A stretch of DNA of 64,000 nucleotides, from positions 32,001 to 96,000 of the forward strand of contig JANQHR010000102.1 of assembly GCA_028282585.1 (NCBI GenBank), read 5' to 3'. The notes below the pieces were generated by a model. The model was not told the DNA's origin. It saw nothing but the letters and a program-made list of their open reading frames with translations, and made no database searches. Shown one piece after another: positions 18,710-27,977 of the stretch; position 1 is the first letter of the stretch; each line of letters opens with the position of its first letter. Source of the stretch: Bacteroidales bacterium. GTDB taxonomy: Bacteria > Bacteroidota > Bacteroidia > Bacteroidales > UBA12077. The position numbers and the translations under genes are program-made.

Positions 18710-21700
18710 TTAAAATGATAAATTTAAGCCAAATGTAAATGTTCTTAATTGAGGGTACCTGTTATCCGTAGTACCCGAAATGTTAACCTCTGGATCTAGT
18801 CCCTGTGTACCAAAAAAAGTAAGTAAATTATCGCCACTTACGTAAACACGAACTCTTTCTAAGTTAGCCTTCGCTAATAAACTTGACGGTAATGTATATC
18901 CAAGTGTTACATTTCTTAATCTCATATAAGTTGCATCGACTAAATATCTTGATGATCTTGAATTTGCATTAGTTGCATTTGCATCCATTCTTGGGATATC
19001 TGATGTTGTGTTTTCAGGTGTCCAAGCATCTAATAAATCAACAGACATATTACCTCCATATCTTAAACCTGCATGAGTAAGTTGCTGGTAATCATAATCT
19101 ATGATTTTACCACCTATACTATAAAATAAGAACACAGAAAGGTCGAATCCTTTATAACTGATATTATTTGTTATACCTCCGTATAAGTCGGGTAATGAAG
19201 TTCCAACATAATAACGAGTTGATTCAGAATAAATATCTGTTGTTTCTCTACCAGTAACAATAGGTTCTCCATTTTCGTCTAAGACTAAGTCTCCACTTCC
19301 ATCTTCCTGGTAAATATCTTTATACCATAAAGAATTACCTGTTACATCATCTACACCTGCAAATTCTCTAATAAAGAAATCGTTTACAGAACGACCTTCA
19401 GCTAACTGTTTAGAACCAACAATAATTTCCGGTGTTCTTTCTGGCATTTTTGTAATTTCATTTTTGTAGTGAGTAAAATTCAAGTCCAAAATCCAGTTAA
19501 AATCTTTTTTAGTAATTATAGCTGCACTCAAAGTACCGTCAAAACCAACATTTTTCATATCAGCTACATTTTCATCTATAGATTCAACTCCTGTTGAATT
19601 TGGTAACGGCCGTGCAAATAGCATATCCTCAACATTTCTTCTAAAGTAATCGACTTCAATATTAAATCGATTTAAAAAACCAACTTCTAATCCGATATTG
19701 GTAGTTTTACTTACCTCCCAAGAAATTCTTTCATTAGCTAACTTATATACTAATAAACCTGGGTCTGTTAAATTATCATGTCCTGTTTCATATAATCCCT
19801 GATAAGCATAATAGTTTTCCATATTAACATCATTTAAAAGCCGATCATTTCCTAATGTACCATAACTAGCTTTAAGTTTTAAATTGCTTAACCAGTCGAA
19901 AGATGACATGAATGCTTCTTCAGAAATTCTCCAGGATCCGCCAACTGACCAGAAATTACCCCATCGATAATCCGGATGGAAACGCGAAGAGCCATCTCGC
20001 CTATAACTAGCTGATATATAATATCTACCAGCATAATCATACTCAGCTCTTCCTAAATAACCCTCAATACGATGGTCTTCTTCATATGATCTAGATGATT
20101 GCGTTGCAGCTGCTGCATCTAATTCTTCAAGTCCTGAAAAAGGAAATGCAGATCTTGAAGTTAATAGAAAATTGTATCTGTACATATATGCTTCATGTCC
20201 TGCTAATAAACTAAAATTATGATTGTCAATAGATTTCTCATATGTTAACAATTTATTGAAAGTATATGCTTCCGTTCTATTTCTTGCCTTTTCGCTAAGT
20301 CCTCCATATGAAACTGCGAAACCAAAGTCTGGATTATTATACTCATGACTACTATAAATATAATAATCATAGCTAAAGTTTGTTTTAAACTTTAATCCTT
20401 CAATTATATCAAATTCACCATAAGTTCTCAACGAAACATTATCTCTTTCATATAATCTATTATCTAAATCTGCACTACCTAATACATTTGTGTTTGGATA
20501 TGCATCTGTTGGTCTTGGAGCTCGTCCGTCTTGATCACCCTCCATACCATAATCATATATTTTATTACCATTATCATCTGTAATAAAAGTACCATCATCG
20601 TTTCTTAAATATACAGGGTAAATTGGAGCCATATTACGTCCAAACTGAATCATATTAGAATAGCTACTACCTTCTGTTGTTGGATAATTTTGATCCGAAG
20701 TTGATCCGGCAAAATTAACTCCAGCTTTGAACCAATCATTTACTCTTTTATCCAGATTAACACGAGCGTTAAATCTTTCAAAATCAGAAACTGGAACAAT
20801 ACCTTCATTTAAAAGATAACCTAATGACATGAAATAAGTTGTTGTTTCATCTCCACCACTAATATCAAACAAATATTCCTGCCTTTTTCCTGTACTTAAA
20901 ACCTCGTCCATCCAGTCAGTATCCCAAAGTAATTCAGCACCATTAACAATATTTCCGTCTGTTCCTACAGGATTATCAACATTATATGGATTATAAACCA
21001 AAGTTGTAATAAGATTATCTGTAGCCCATTGTTCCGGGTCAGTTCTTCCATCAGCTTCTGCTTTATTCCTAATTGCCGTCCAAGTTAATTTACTGTAATC
21101 CTCAGCACCAACAGTATTATAGTCTTCAACAGCTTTTGAACTAATACCATAAGATGCTTTGAAATTAACCTTTGCTTTTCCTTTTTCACCTTTCTTTGTA
21201 GTAATCATAATAACACCATTAGCTCCTCTTGATCCGTAAAGAGCAGTTGCATTTGCATCTTTTAAAACACTCATGTTTGCTATGTCTGCTGGATTTATTG
21301 AATTAATATTACCTTGAAAAGGCACACCATCTACAACATATAATGGATCACTTGATGCATTAATAGACCCAATACCACGAATACGAATTGTAGCATTTTC
21401 TCCAGGCTGACCAGTACTAGAAACAACTTGCACACCTGCTGCATTACCTTGCAATGCGCTTGACACAGATGTTGTAGATAGTTTTTCAATTTTTTCTGTT
21501 TTTATTGTTGCAGCAGAACCTGTAAAAGAAGATTTTTTTGTAGTACCATAAGCAATTACTACAACTTCATCCATTTCCAGTACCTCATCCTGCATAACAA
21601 CATCAATAACAGATCTACCATTAATCAGTTGCTCCTGTACCACCATTCCAACGAAACTAAAAATTAAAGCTTCAGTATCGCTTGGAACAGTTAAAGTAAA

Positions 21701-21874
21701 TTTACCATCAATATCTGTGGTTGTTCCTATTGTGGCATTGCCCTTAACAACAACCGACGCGCCAGGAATAGATAACCCGTCAGCACCAGTTACCGTACCT
21801 GAGATTTGCATTTGTGCCATTGCTGTAAATCCAGCAAATAACAACAATGCAAGAAAGATCGTCAATTTTTTCAT
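18710..21874 (-). CDS. SusC/RagA-family TonB-dependent transporter (pair 1)
   Basis: N-terminal extension; plug PLYVVDG...INPADI..MSVLKDANATALYGSRGANGVIMITTK; RRDGSSRF; C-terminal aromatic residue. Confidence 0.96.
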   Translation of the reverse strand: MKKLTIFLALLLFAGFTAMAQMQISGTVTGADGLSIPGASVVVKGNATIGTTTDIDGKFTLTVPSDTEALIFSFVGMVVQEQLINGRSVIDVVMQDEVLEMDEVVVIAYGTTKKSSFTGSAATIKTEKIEKLSTTSVSSALQGNAAGVQVVSSTGQPGENATIRIRGIGSINASSDPLYVVDGVPFQGNINSINPADIANMSVLKDANATALYGSRGANGVIMITTKKGEKGKAKVNFKASYGISSKAVEDYNTVGAEDYSKLTWTAIRNKAEADGRTDPEQWATDNLITTLVYNPYNVDNPVGTDGNIVNGAELLWDTDWMDEVLSTGKRQEYLFDISGGDETTTYFMSLGYLLNEGIVPVSDFERFNARVNLDKRVNDWFKAGVNFAGSTSDQNYPTTEGSSYSNMIQFGRNMAPIYPVYLRNDDGTFITDDNGNKIYDYGMEGDQDGRAPRPTDAYPNTNVLGSADLDNRLYERDNVSLRTYGEFDIIEGLKFKTNFSYDYYIYSSHEYNNPDFGFAVSYGGLSEKARNRTEAYTFNKLLTYEKSIDNHNFSLLAGHEAYMYRYNFLLTSRSAFPFSGLEELDAAAATQSSRSYEEDHRIEGYLGRAEYDYAGRYYISASYRRDGSSRFHPDYRWGNFWSVGGSWRISEEAFMSSFDWLSNLKLKASYGTLGNDRLLNDVNMENYYAYQGLYETGHDNLTDPGLLVYKLANERISWEVSKTTNIGLEVGFLNRFNIEVDYFRRNVEDMLFARPLPNSTGVESIDENVADMKNVGFDGTLSAAIITKKDFNWILDLNFTHYKNEITKMPERTPEIIVGSKQLAEGRSVNDFFIREFAGVDDVTGNSLWYKDIYQEDGSGDLVLDENGEPIVTGRETTDIYSESTRYYVGTSLPDLYGGITNNISYKGFDLSVFLFYSIGGKIIDYDYQQLTHAGLRYGGNMSVDLLDAWTPENTTSDIPRMDANATNANSRSSRYLVDATYMRLRNVTLGYTLPSSLLAKANLERVRVYVSGDNLLTFFGTQGLDPEVNISGTTDNRYPQLRTFTFGLNLSF

Positions 21875-22025
21875 AAATTAAAATTTTAGGTTCATAAATA
21901 GTTATTAAAAAATATTCATTCGGCTAAAATAAAAAAAAATAAATAAAAATTGCAATAAGGCAAATAAAATCAGCACTTTTTTAAATATAAGTGGCATAAA
22001 TATTTATCGAGAATCAAAAAAAATA

Positions 22026-22089
22026 ATTATTGATAGTCGAAAACTATTATTATTGATAGTCGAAAACTATTATTATTGATAGTCGAAAA
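22026..22089. repeat. 23-bp tandem repeat (about 2.8 copies), each unit containing a mini-hairpin
   Basis: gatagtcgaaaa starts at 22032, 22055 and 22078; each unit contains ATAGT-cgaaa-ACTAT. Confidence 0.9.
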
Positions 22090-22207
22090 TGCTATCCTGA
22101 ATTATTAATTTTTTTTATATATACTAATAACTATTTAATCTAACAGCAAAAAAAGTGGGGAGTCAATGAAAATAAAAATTTGCCACTAACCTATCTAACC
22201 ATAGAAA

Positions 22208-22242
22208 ACCTGCCTGTTCGGTAAACAGGTTAAGCGGCAGGT
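22208..22242. repeat. CCTGCC...GGCAGG REP-like palindrome with an inner hairpin
   Basis: acctgcc-tgttcggtaaacaggttaagc-ggcaggt; inner cctgtt/aacagg pairing. Confidence 0.6.
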
Positions 22243-22489
22243 GAAAACACTCAAACTCAAAAGTTCACAAAAATTTAATAGTCAACACATTATAATTTTG
22301 CGAGGTTTTATGCTTTTGTGTCTACGTATCGAAAATCAATATTTTAAAGGGTTCTCTTTTATTAAATAGCCTAATACCTAATCATACTCTAAGATAAACA
22401 CTAGTATTTGTAACCAATTATCCATTCAAACCCTGATCAGAAATCTCCTGTTTTCATGCTCAACATTTACTTGACATTTAAATCAACGC

Positions 22490-22905
22490 TAATGCTTTTT
22501 CCTCTAATTTGACCTGATTTAGTTGTAATAACAACAATTCGCATATCTAATTAATGTAAAAGCCATATTTAATGGTAAATGCTCCTACCGCTATATTTCT
22601 TGTATACTAGAACGTGTTCTGACTTATCTACAATGGTAAATTTTCTTTCGGAGAAAATACCTATGTGCCTATATCAATTGTAGTGTTCAAGGCACGTAAA
22701 TCATCCGTTAAAAGTGCTAAATTTACTTCGCTATCAACCGTTTAGAACTAACTCTTTCAATTGATTCCATCTAATTTTCGGAAATAGCCTTACTATTATA
22801 CAAAAAACTAACGGTTAGTGTATTTTACCTTCATCAATACTATCTTTAATAGTGAATCAGTAAAAGTTCCATATCTAAATACTCTCTTGTAATATCTTCT
22901 GGTAT
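22490..22905 (-). pseudogene. cysN: Decayed partial copy of the cysN 5' region
   Basis: gtaaaagttccatatctaaata (22860-22881) is identical to cysN 14826-14847; similarity continues with indels and stops for about 400 nt; start codon mutated (cat to tat). Confidence 0.88.
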
Positions 22906-23024
22906 AATATTTTATTTTACAGGTTCTTTATTTGAAGAATCTATAACTGTAATATTTTTTCTATTGTTTTTGCATAAATAAGTCGTTTTATTGTTAACTT
23001 ATTTCACGACGGGACAGTAAAAGA

Positions 23025-23052
23025 AAAAGCCAGGCATTATATCCTGGCTTTT
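23025..23052 (-). terminator. Terminator after susD-2
   Basis: aaaagccagg-N8-cctggctttt. Confidence 0.75.
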
Positions 23053-23071
23053 AATATCATTGTTTAAAAAA

Positions 23072-24463
23072 CTATTCTGCCCACCATACAGGTACAGTTA
23101 GATCTGTTATTGATGTAATGTTAGGGTTGTATAATCTTTCGTTAAGTGTTGTTGGGTATCTCTCAGGTACTTGGTTTATTGCACCTCTTGGATCTGAAGT
23201 TAATACAGGATATCCTGTTCTTCTATAATCACTCCATACTTCAGGTTGTGTAAACATGGCAATATACTTCTGCGTCATTATTGTTTCCAGCGTAATAGTA
23301 GCTGCAGTCTCAGAAGCTACATTTGTAATAAACGCTGCATCAGGAGCAGAACCTGTAAAAAACTCAACCGAAGCAATAACTGCATCATTAAATGCTGCTG
23401 CAGCTCTAGGATCATCATTACTTCTTAAAGCGGCTTCAGCTTCTATAAACTTAGCTTCGAAGTAAGTTAAAAGAGGGAAAGCCTGAGCGTCAGCCATAAC
23501 CCAAGTACCAAAATTAGAAGCAGCGGCATTATCTTCATTAATATCACTACCAACAAATGTACCACCTCCTAAATCAGCAAAATAATAAGGTAAACGAGGG
23601 TCATTTTGTGCAATCATCATATTTACAAGAGTAGCACCAGCTCTCATATAACCACGGTTATTCTGAAATGCCTGCCATTGGTTTAAATCAGTCGAAGCAT
23701 TTCCAGTAGGTGCTAATGTATTATCAGCATTTCCATCTAAACCTGCAGCGTAAGCCTGATCAAGATAACTTAAAGCATCAGTAGCAGATCCGGTAGCATC
23801 ACGATTACTCAATCGATTTGCATATCTTGCTTTCAAAATCCATGCTCCTATCTCCCACATCTCAACATCTCCACCATGTATAACATCATCTTCTAATGGT
23901 GTAAATGCATTCGCAGAAGCATCCATTTGAAAATCTGCAATCGCATCTGTACATAACTGTTGTATTGCTGCAATAATACTTTCCTGCGCGTCAGCAGCAG
24001 GTGCTGTAACTCCGTCTCTTCCATCGAAAGCTTCCGAAAAAGGAACATCTCCCCAAAAATCTGTCACCATGCCTATTCCTAATGCTTTTAGCATCTTTGC
24101 CATACCTCCATAATAAGGATTTTCTTCAGCATAAGTAGCTTCTAAAAAATCAGCTGTTTCCAGTAAATCTGTATATAATCCGTTCCATTCATTACCAACA
24201 GTATTTTCCGTCATTCCATATAATTGATAATCATCTTTAGATTGATCAGTAACACCAGCCGATTGTTGAACGAATATTGAAGCCGCTCTTGCTGATTGAC
24301 TTGTATATGCGAATATTGTTGCAGCTTCAGCAGCAGTTAACAATACTCCGGGAGTAACATTTGTGGGTGAGTTTGGACTATCATCGTAGCCGTCAACAAA
24401 ATCCTCACAACTCGTTCCAAATAAAACAAGTAATGTTATTAATAATATATATATTTTTTTCAT
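23072..24463 (-). CDS. SusD-like lipoprotein (SusD-like_2 type, pair 2)
   Basis: Lipobox GTSC-EDF; D.WGDVPFSEA, DPRL, EAKFIEAEA, IMTQKYIAMF, WSDYRRTGYP and VWW. Confidence 0.92.
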   Translation of the reverse strand: MKKIYILLITLLVLFGTSCEDFVDGYDDSPNSPTNVTPGVLLTAAEAATIFAYTSQSARAASIFVQQSAGVTDQSKDDYQLYGMTENTVGNEWNGLYTDLLETADFLEATYAEENPYYGGMAKMLKALGIGMVTDFWGDVPFSEAFDGRDGVTAPAADAQESIIAAIQQLCTDAIADFQMDASANAFTPLEDDVIHGGDVEMWEIGAWILKARYANRLSNRDATGSATDALSYLDQAYAAGLDGNADNTLAPTGNASTDLNQWQAFQNNRGYMRAGATLVNMMIAQNDPRLPYYFADLGGGTFVGSDINEDNAAASNFGTWVMADAQAFPLLTYFEAKFIEAEAALRSNDDPRAAAAFNDAVIASVEFFTGSAPDAAFITNVASETAATITLETIMTQKYIAMFTQPEVWSDYRRTGYPVLTSDPRGAINQVPERYPTTLNERLYNPNITSITDLTVPVWWAE

Positions 24464-24490
24464 ATTCTAATGTTTTTTATTAATTATATT

Positions 24491-27400
24491 TTAGAATCCT
24501 ACTTTTATACCAAATGAATAGGACTTAGACCCTGGGTTATTAAAGTAATCAAAACCACCAATATTAGATCCGGCACCAGTTAAGCTAGTTTCAGGATCAA
24601 CTCCAGGATAATCCGTACTTAACCATAGGTTAGTTCCTGAAAATGTTAGTTCTACATAGTCTAATAAAGGAATCTTATCACTCTTATTTTTAAATCTATA
24701 ACTTGCAGCCACTTCTCTTAATCTAACCCAAGAACCATCTAAAACAGAATTTTCAGTTGCTCCACCATCACCTAAATAAGAATGCCAGTATACATCAGCT
24801 GGAATATCCATGCCATTAGCAACACCAGTTCCTATAGGATCTCCATCTTCATTTCTAACTAGATTTCCAGAACCATCTACTTCAGCTAATACTCCTGGTA
24901 CTATATATGTTCCTTCTCTATCTTCCGTTTCTTTTTCACGTCCATAGGTTTTCAATCTCCTACCTGTTCCGTACCAAACATCTCCACCTTGTCGAATATC
25001 TAATAATGCTGTAACTGAGAATCCTTTATACGTAATTGTATTTCTTAAACCTAGCAACCAATCTGGGAAAGGATTTCCTAAATTTCCTTCTTGTCCGGCT
25101 TGTAATGGAAGTCCATTATTTGGATTAATAATAATATTTCCATTATCATCTCTTGCCCAACGAGAACCATAGAATGAACCGTAAGGTTGTCCTACAATAG
25201 CATAAGAACCAATACTTGTAAATGCTGATTCTGCAGATACTTCTTCAACACCATCGGCAAGTTTTAAAACTTCACTTTCATTCCTACTAAAGTTCGCTGT
25301 AAAGTTCCAAGTCAAATCATTCATTTTTAAAATATCAACTCCTGCTACTAACTCTATACCTTTGTTAACCATTTCTCCAGCATTAGAATAAATAGAAGTA
25401 TATCCAGATGAGCCAGCTATTGGTCTATTTAACAGAATGTCAACTGTTTTTTGGTTATAATAAGTAAAATCAATATTTACTCTACCATTAAAGAATCTTA
25501 AGTCAACACCTACTTCATTACCAATTACTTTTTCTGGTTTCAAATCAGGATCACCCATTGAAGTTCCATAGCTATATCCGTTTTGTCCCAAAAATGGAAA
25601 TCCGAATCCGTCAGTAAATCCATCTGTCATTGTTGGATTACCAAAATAAGTTCTTGATGAATATACAGGAGGTGCTTTACCTACTTGTGCATATGCATAT
25701 CTAAGTTTACCGAAAGTTAAAATACTATTTTCTGGTAACAATTCAGAGAACAGTAAAGATACACTTGCAGAAGGGTAGAAGAAACTATTTTGGTTAGGTC
25801 CAAAAGTTGATGACCATTCATTTCTTCCTGTGGCTCCAAAGAATAGGAAATTATCATACGAAGCAGTTAAATCGAAATATACAGCAGATGTTCTAATCGT
25901 ACTTGCATATTCACTAGCGTACGTATCTAATCCATTATCAAGATTATAATAATCTTTTAAAACCAGCTCTCTAGCATACGCATAAAAATCAGAATAAGTT
26001 CTTTGATTTAAGTTACCACCAACATTTAATCCAGCTTCTATTTTGTCTGTAAAATCGTGCTTAGCACCTATTATTACATCCTGGTTAAACTCTTCATTTG
26101 TAATAGTGTTATGGTAAACTTCACCTTCTCCATAATTATTACCCATTGCTCCAATTGCAAATGCTCCTTCCCTTTCATCCGAATAAGCATCAGCACCAAC
26201 TTTGTATGTTGCAGCTAACCATTCTGTTATATCATAGTCAAGCGTAACACTTGCCATAATTCTATTAAGGTCATTTTCCAAAGGATTTTCGTAAGCAGAA
26301 AAATATGGATTATCATAAATGAAATAATACATTCTTTGCTGTCCATTTGGAAATTTATAACCGTTCTCAGCATCATTCAAATTAAAACTAGCAGGTGCTC
26401 TAAAAAGTCCTAATGATATACCTGAAATATTACTTCCGTTCTGCGCTCTGTTACCACCTGAATTTGTGTACGCAACAGTTGCTGATGTTCTAAACTTATC
26501 TGTAAATTTCTGGTTAATCGAAACTCTTGCGGTAGTTCTCTTGAAATAAGTATTAGGAATAATACCTTCATCGTCTAAATGACTTAAGCTTAATCTCATT
26601 GTAGTTTTATCCGAACCTCCAGAGATTGAAATACTATGACGTTCTCCTACACCTGTTTGAAAGAATTCCTCAACGTTTTTTGTTGGTGTCATACCCATTT
26701 CAGCAAATGTTGGTCCCCAACTATATGTTGTACCAATTGATACATCATCGCCTCCACCAATATCATTAATACCATTTGGTCCAAAATCAGGAGGTGCAAT
26801 ATATGTGGCTGTAGACTGATCATCACCTGCCCATGTACCTGCAACATACTTATATTGGAATTCAGGTAATTTATTTACTTCTGATATTTTAACGTTATAG
26901 CTATAGTCAACCTTAACTTTACCTGCTTGTCCTTTTTTAGTTGTATACACAATCGCTCCGTTACCAGCTCTTACACCATAAAGTGCAGCAGCAGCAGGAC
27001 CTTTCAAGATTGTTACAGACTCAATATCTTCAGGGTTAATATCTAATGCTCTATTACCAGCATTTACACCTTGTAAGTTAGAGTTAAACGGGTAATTTCC
27101 TGGTGCAGATTGAGTTGTTGAGTTATCAATAGGAACACCATCAACCACAATTAACGGTTGGTTGCTTGTTGTAAAAGAAGACGCTCCACGAATCAGTATT
27201 CTACTTGACGCACCTGGAGTTCCTCCTGAACTTACTACCTGCACTCCGGCTGACTTCGAAGATAATGACTGAATCACATTAGCTTCTCCAACTCTGCTAA
27301 GCTCATCACCAGAAACACCTTGAGCAGAATATCCCAGAGCCTTCCTTTCCCTTGAAATACCAATTGCAGTTACAACAACTTCATCCATTTCCAACACTTC

Positions 27401-27691
27401 TGATTCTAGCTGAACATCAATTGTTGTGCGACCATTAATAAGTACTTCTGTTGTTTTCATACCAACGAAACTAATAATCAAAGCTTCAGTTCCACTTGGT
27501 ACTGTTAAAGAATACTCTCCATCCATATTAGTTGTAGTACCTATAGAGGTATTTCCTTTAACTACTACGGATGCACCAGGTATAGATAAACCGTCTTCAG
27601 CGCCGGTTACTGTACCTGAGATCTGCATTTGTGCTTGTACAGTAAAACCAACACACAGCAAAAATGCAAGAAAAATTGTTAATTTCTTCAT
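24491..27691 (-). CDS. SusC/RagA-family TonB-dependent transporter (pair 2)
   Basis: VVTAIGISRERKALGYS, DINPEDIESVTILKGPAAAALYG.RAGNGAI and FFYPSAS; start at 27691 (MKKLTIF) chosen by similarity to pair 1. Confidence 0.96.
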   Translation of the reverse strand: MKKLTIFLAFLLCVGFTVQAQMQISGTVTGAEDGLSIPGASVVVKGNTSIGTTTNMDGEYSLTVPSGTEALIISFVGMKTTEVLINGRTTIDVQLESEVLEMDEVVVTAIGISRERKALGYSAQGVSGDELSRVGEANVIQSLSSKSAGVQVVSSGGTPGASSRILIRGASSFTTSNQPLIVVDGVPIDNSTTQSAPGNYPFNSNLQGVNAGNRALDINPEDIESVTILKGPAAAALYGVRAGNGAIVYTTKKGQAGKVKVDYSYNVKISEVNKLPEFQYKYVAGTWAGDDQSTATYIAPPDFGPNGINDIGGGDDVSIGTTYSWGPTFAEMGMTPTKNVEEFFQTGVGERHSISISGGSDKTTMRLSLSHLDDEGIIPNTYFKRTTARVSINQKFTDKFRTSATVAYTNSGGNRAQNGSNISGISLGLFRAPASFNLNDAENGYKFPNGQQRMYYFIYDNPYFSAYENPLENDLNRIMASVTLDYDITEWLAATYKVGADAYSDEREGAFAIGAMGNNYGEGEVYHNTITNEEFNQDVIIGAKHDFTDKIEAGLNVGGNLNQRTYSDFYAYARELVLKDYYNLDNGLDTYASEYASTIRTSAVYFDLTASYDNFLFFGATGRNEWSSTFGPNQNSFFYPSASVSLLFSELLPENSILTFGKLRYAYAQVGKAPPVYSSRTYFGNPTMTDGFTDGFGFPFLGQNGYSYGTSMGDPDLKPEKVIGNEVGVDLRFFNGRVNIDFTYYNQKTVDILLNRPIAGSSGYTSIYSNAGEMVNKGIELVAGVDILKMNDLTWNFTANFSRNESEVLKLADGVEEVSAESAFTSIGSYAIVGQPYGSFYGSRWARDDNGNIIINPNNGLPLQAGQEGNLGNPFPDWLLGLRNTITYKGFSVTALLDIRQGGDVWYGTGRRLKTYGREKETEDREGTYIVPGVLAEVDGSGNLVRNEDGDPIGTGVANGMDIPADVYWHSYLGDGGATENSVLDGSWVRLREVAASYRFKNKSDKIPLLDYVELTFSGTNLWLSTDYPGVDPETSLTGAGSNIGGFDYFNNPGSKSYSFGIKVGF

Positions 27692-27890
27692 AGATAAAAA
27701 TTTTAGGTTCATAAATAGTTAATATATATAAATATTCTTCAGCGCTAATGTATAAAAAAAATAGAATAAACAAAAAAAACTGGCATTAATAAACTTAACT
27801 TTTTTTAACAATAATCAACATTTTACAACACTTTTTATTAAAATTCAATAAATTTTCTGCATTATATTTTATCGTTTTAAGATAAAAGAA

Positions 27891-27923
27891 TAATGCCCGA
27901 AATATAAGTTGTTTCGGGCATTA
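27891..27923 (-). terminator. Hairpin/terminator downstream of ftcd
   Basis: taatgcccgaaa-N9-tttcgggcatta, a perfect 12-bp stem. Confidence 0.7.
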
Positions 27924-27977
27924 CATGAAATTAATGTTAAGAAAATCTTATGAGAGATATTTCTTTGTTATTTATTA

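Noticed and set aside
22026-22089. CRISPR array
   Set aside because: The units are directly adjacent with no unique spacers, and no cas genes are present in the window.
17190-27760. Invertible susC shufflon or classical polysaccharide utilisation locus
   Set aside because: The shared sequences are in direct orientation with no neighbouring recombinase, and no glycoside hydrolase or sensor-regulator genes are adjacent.
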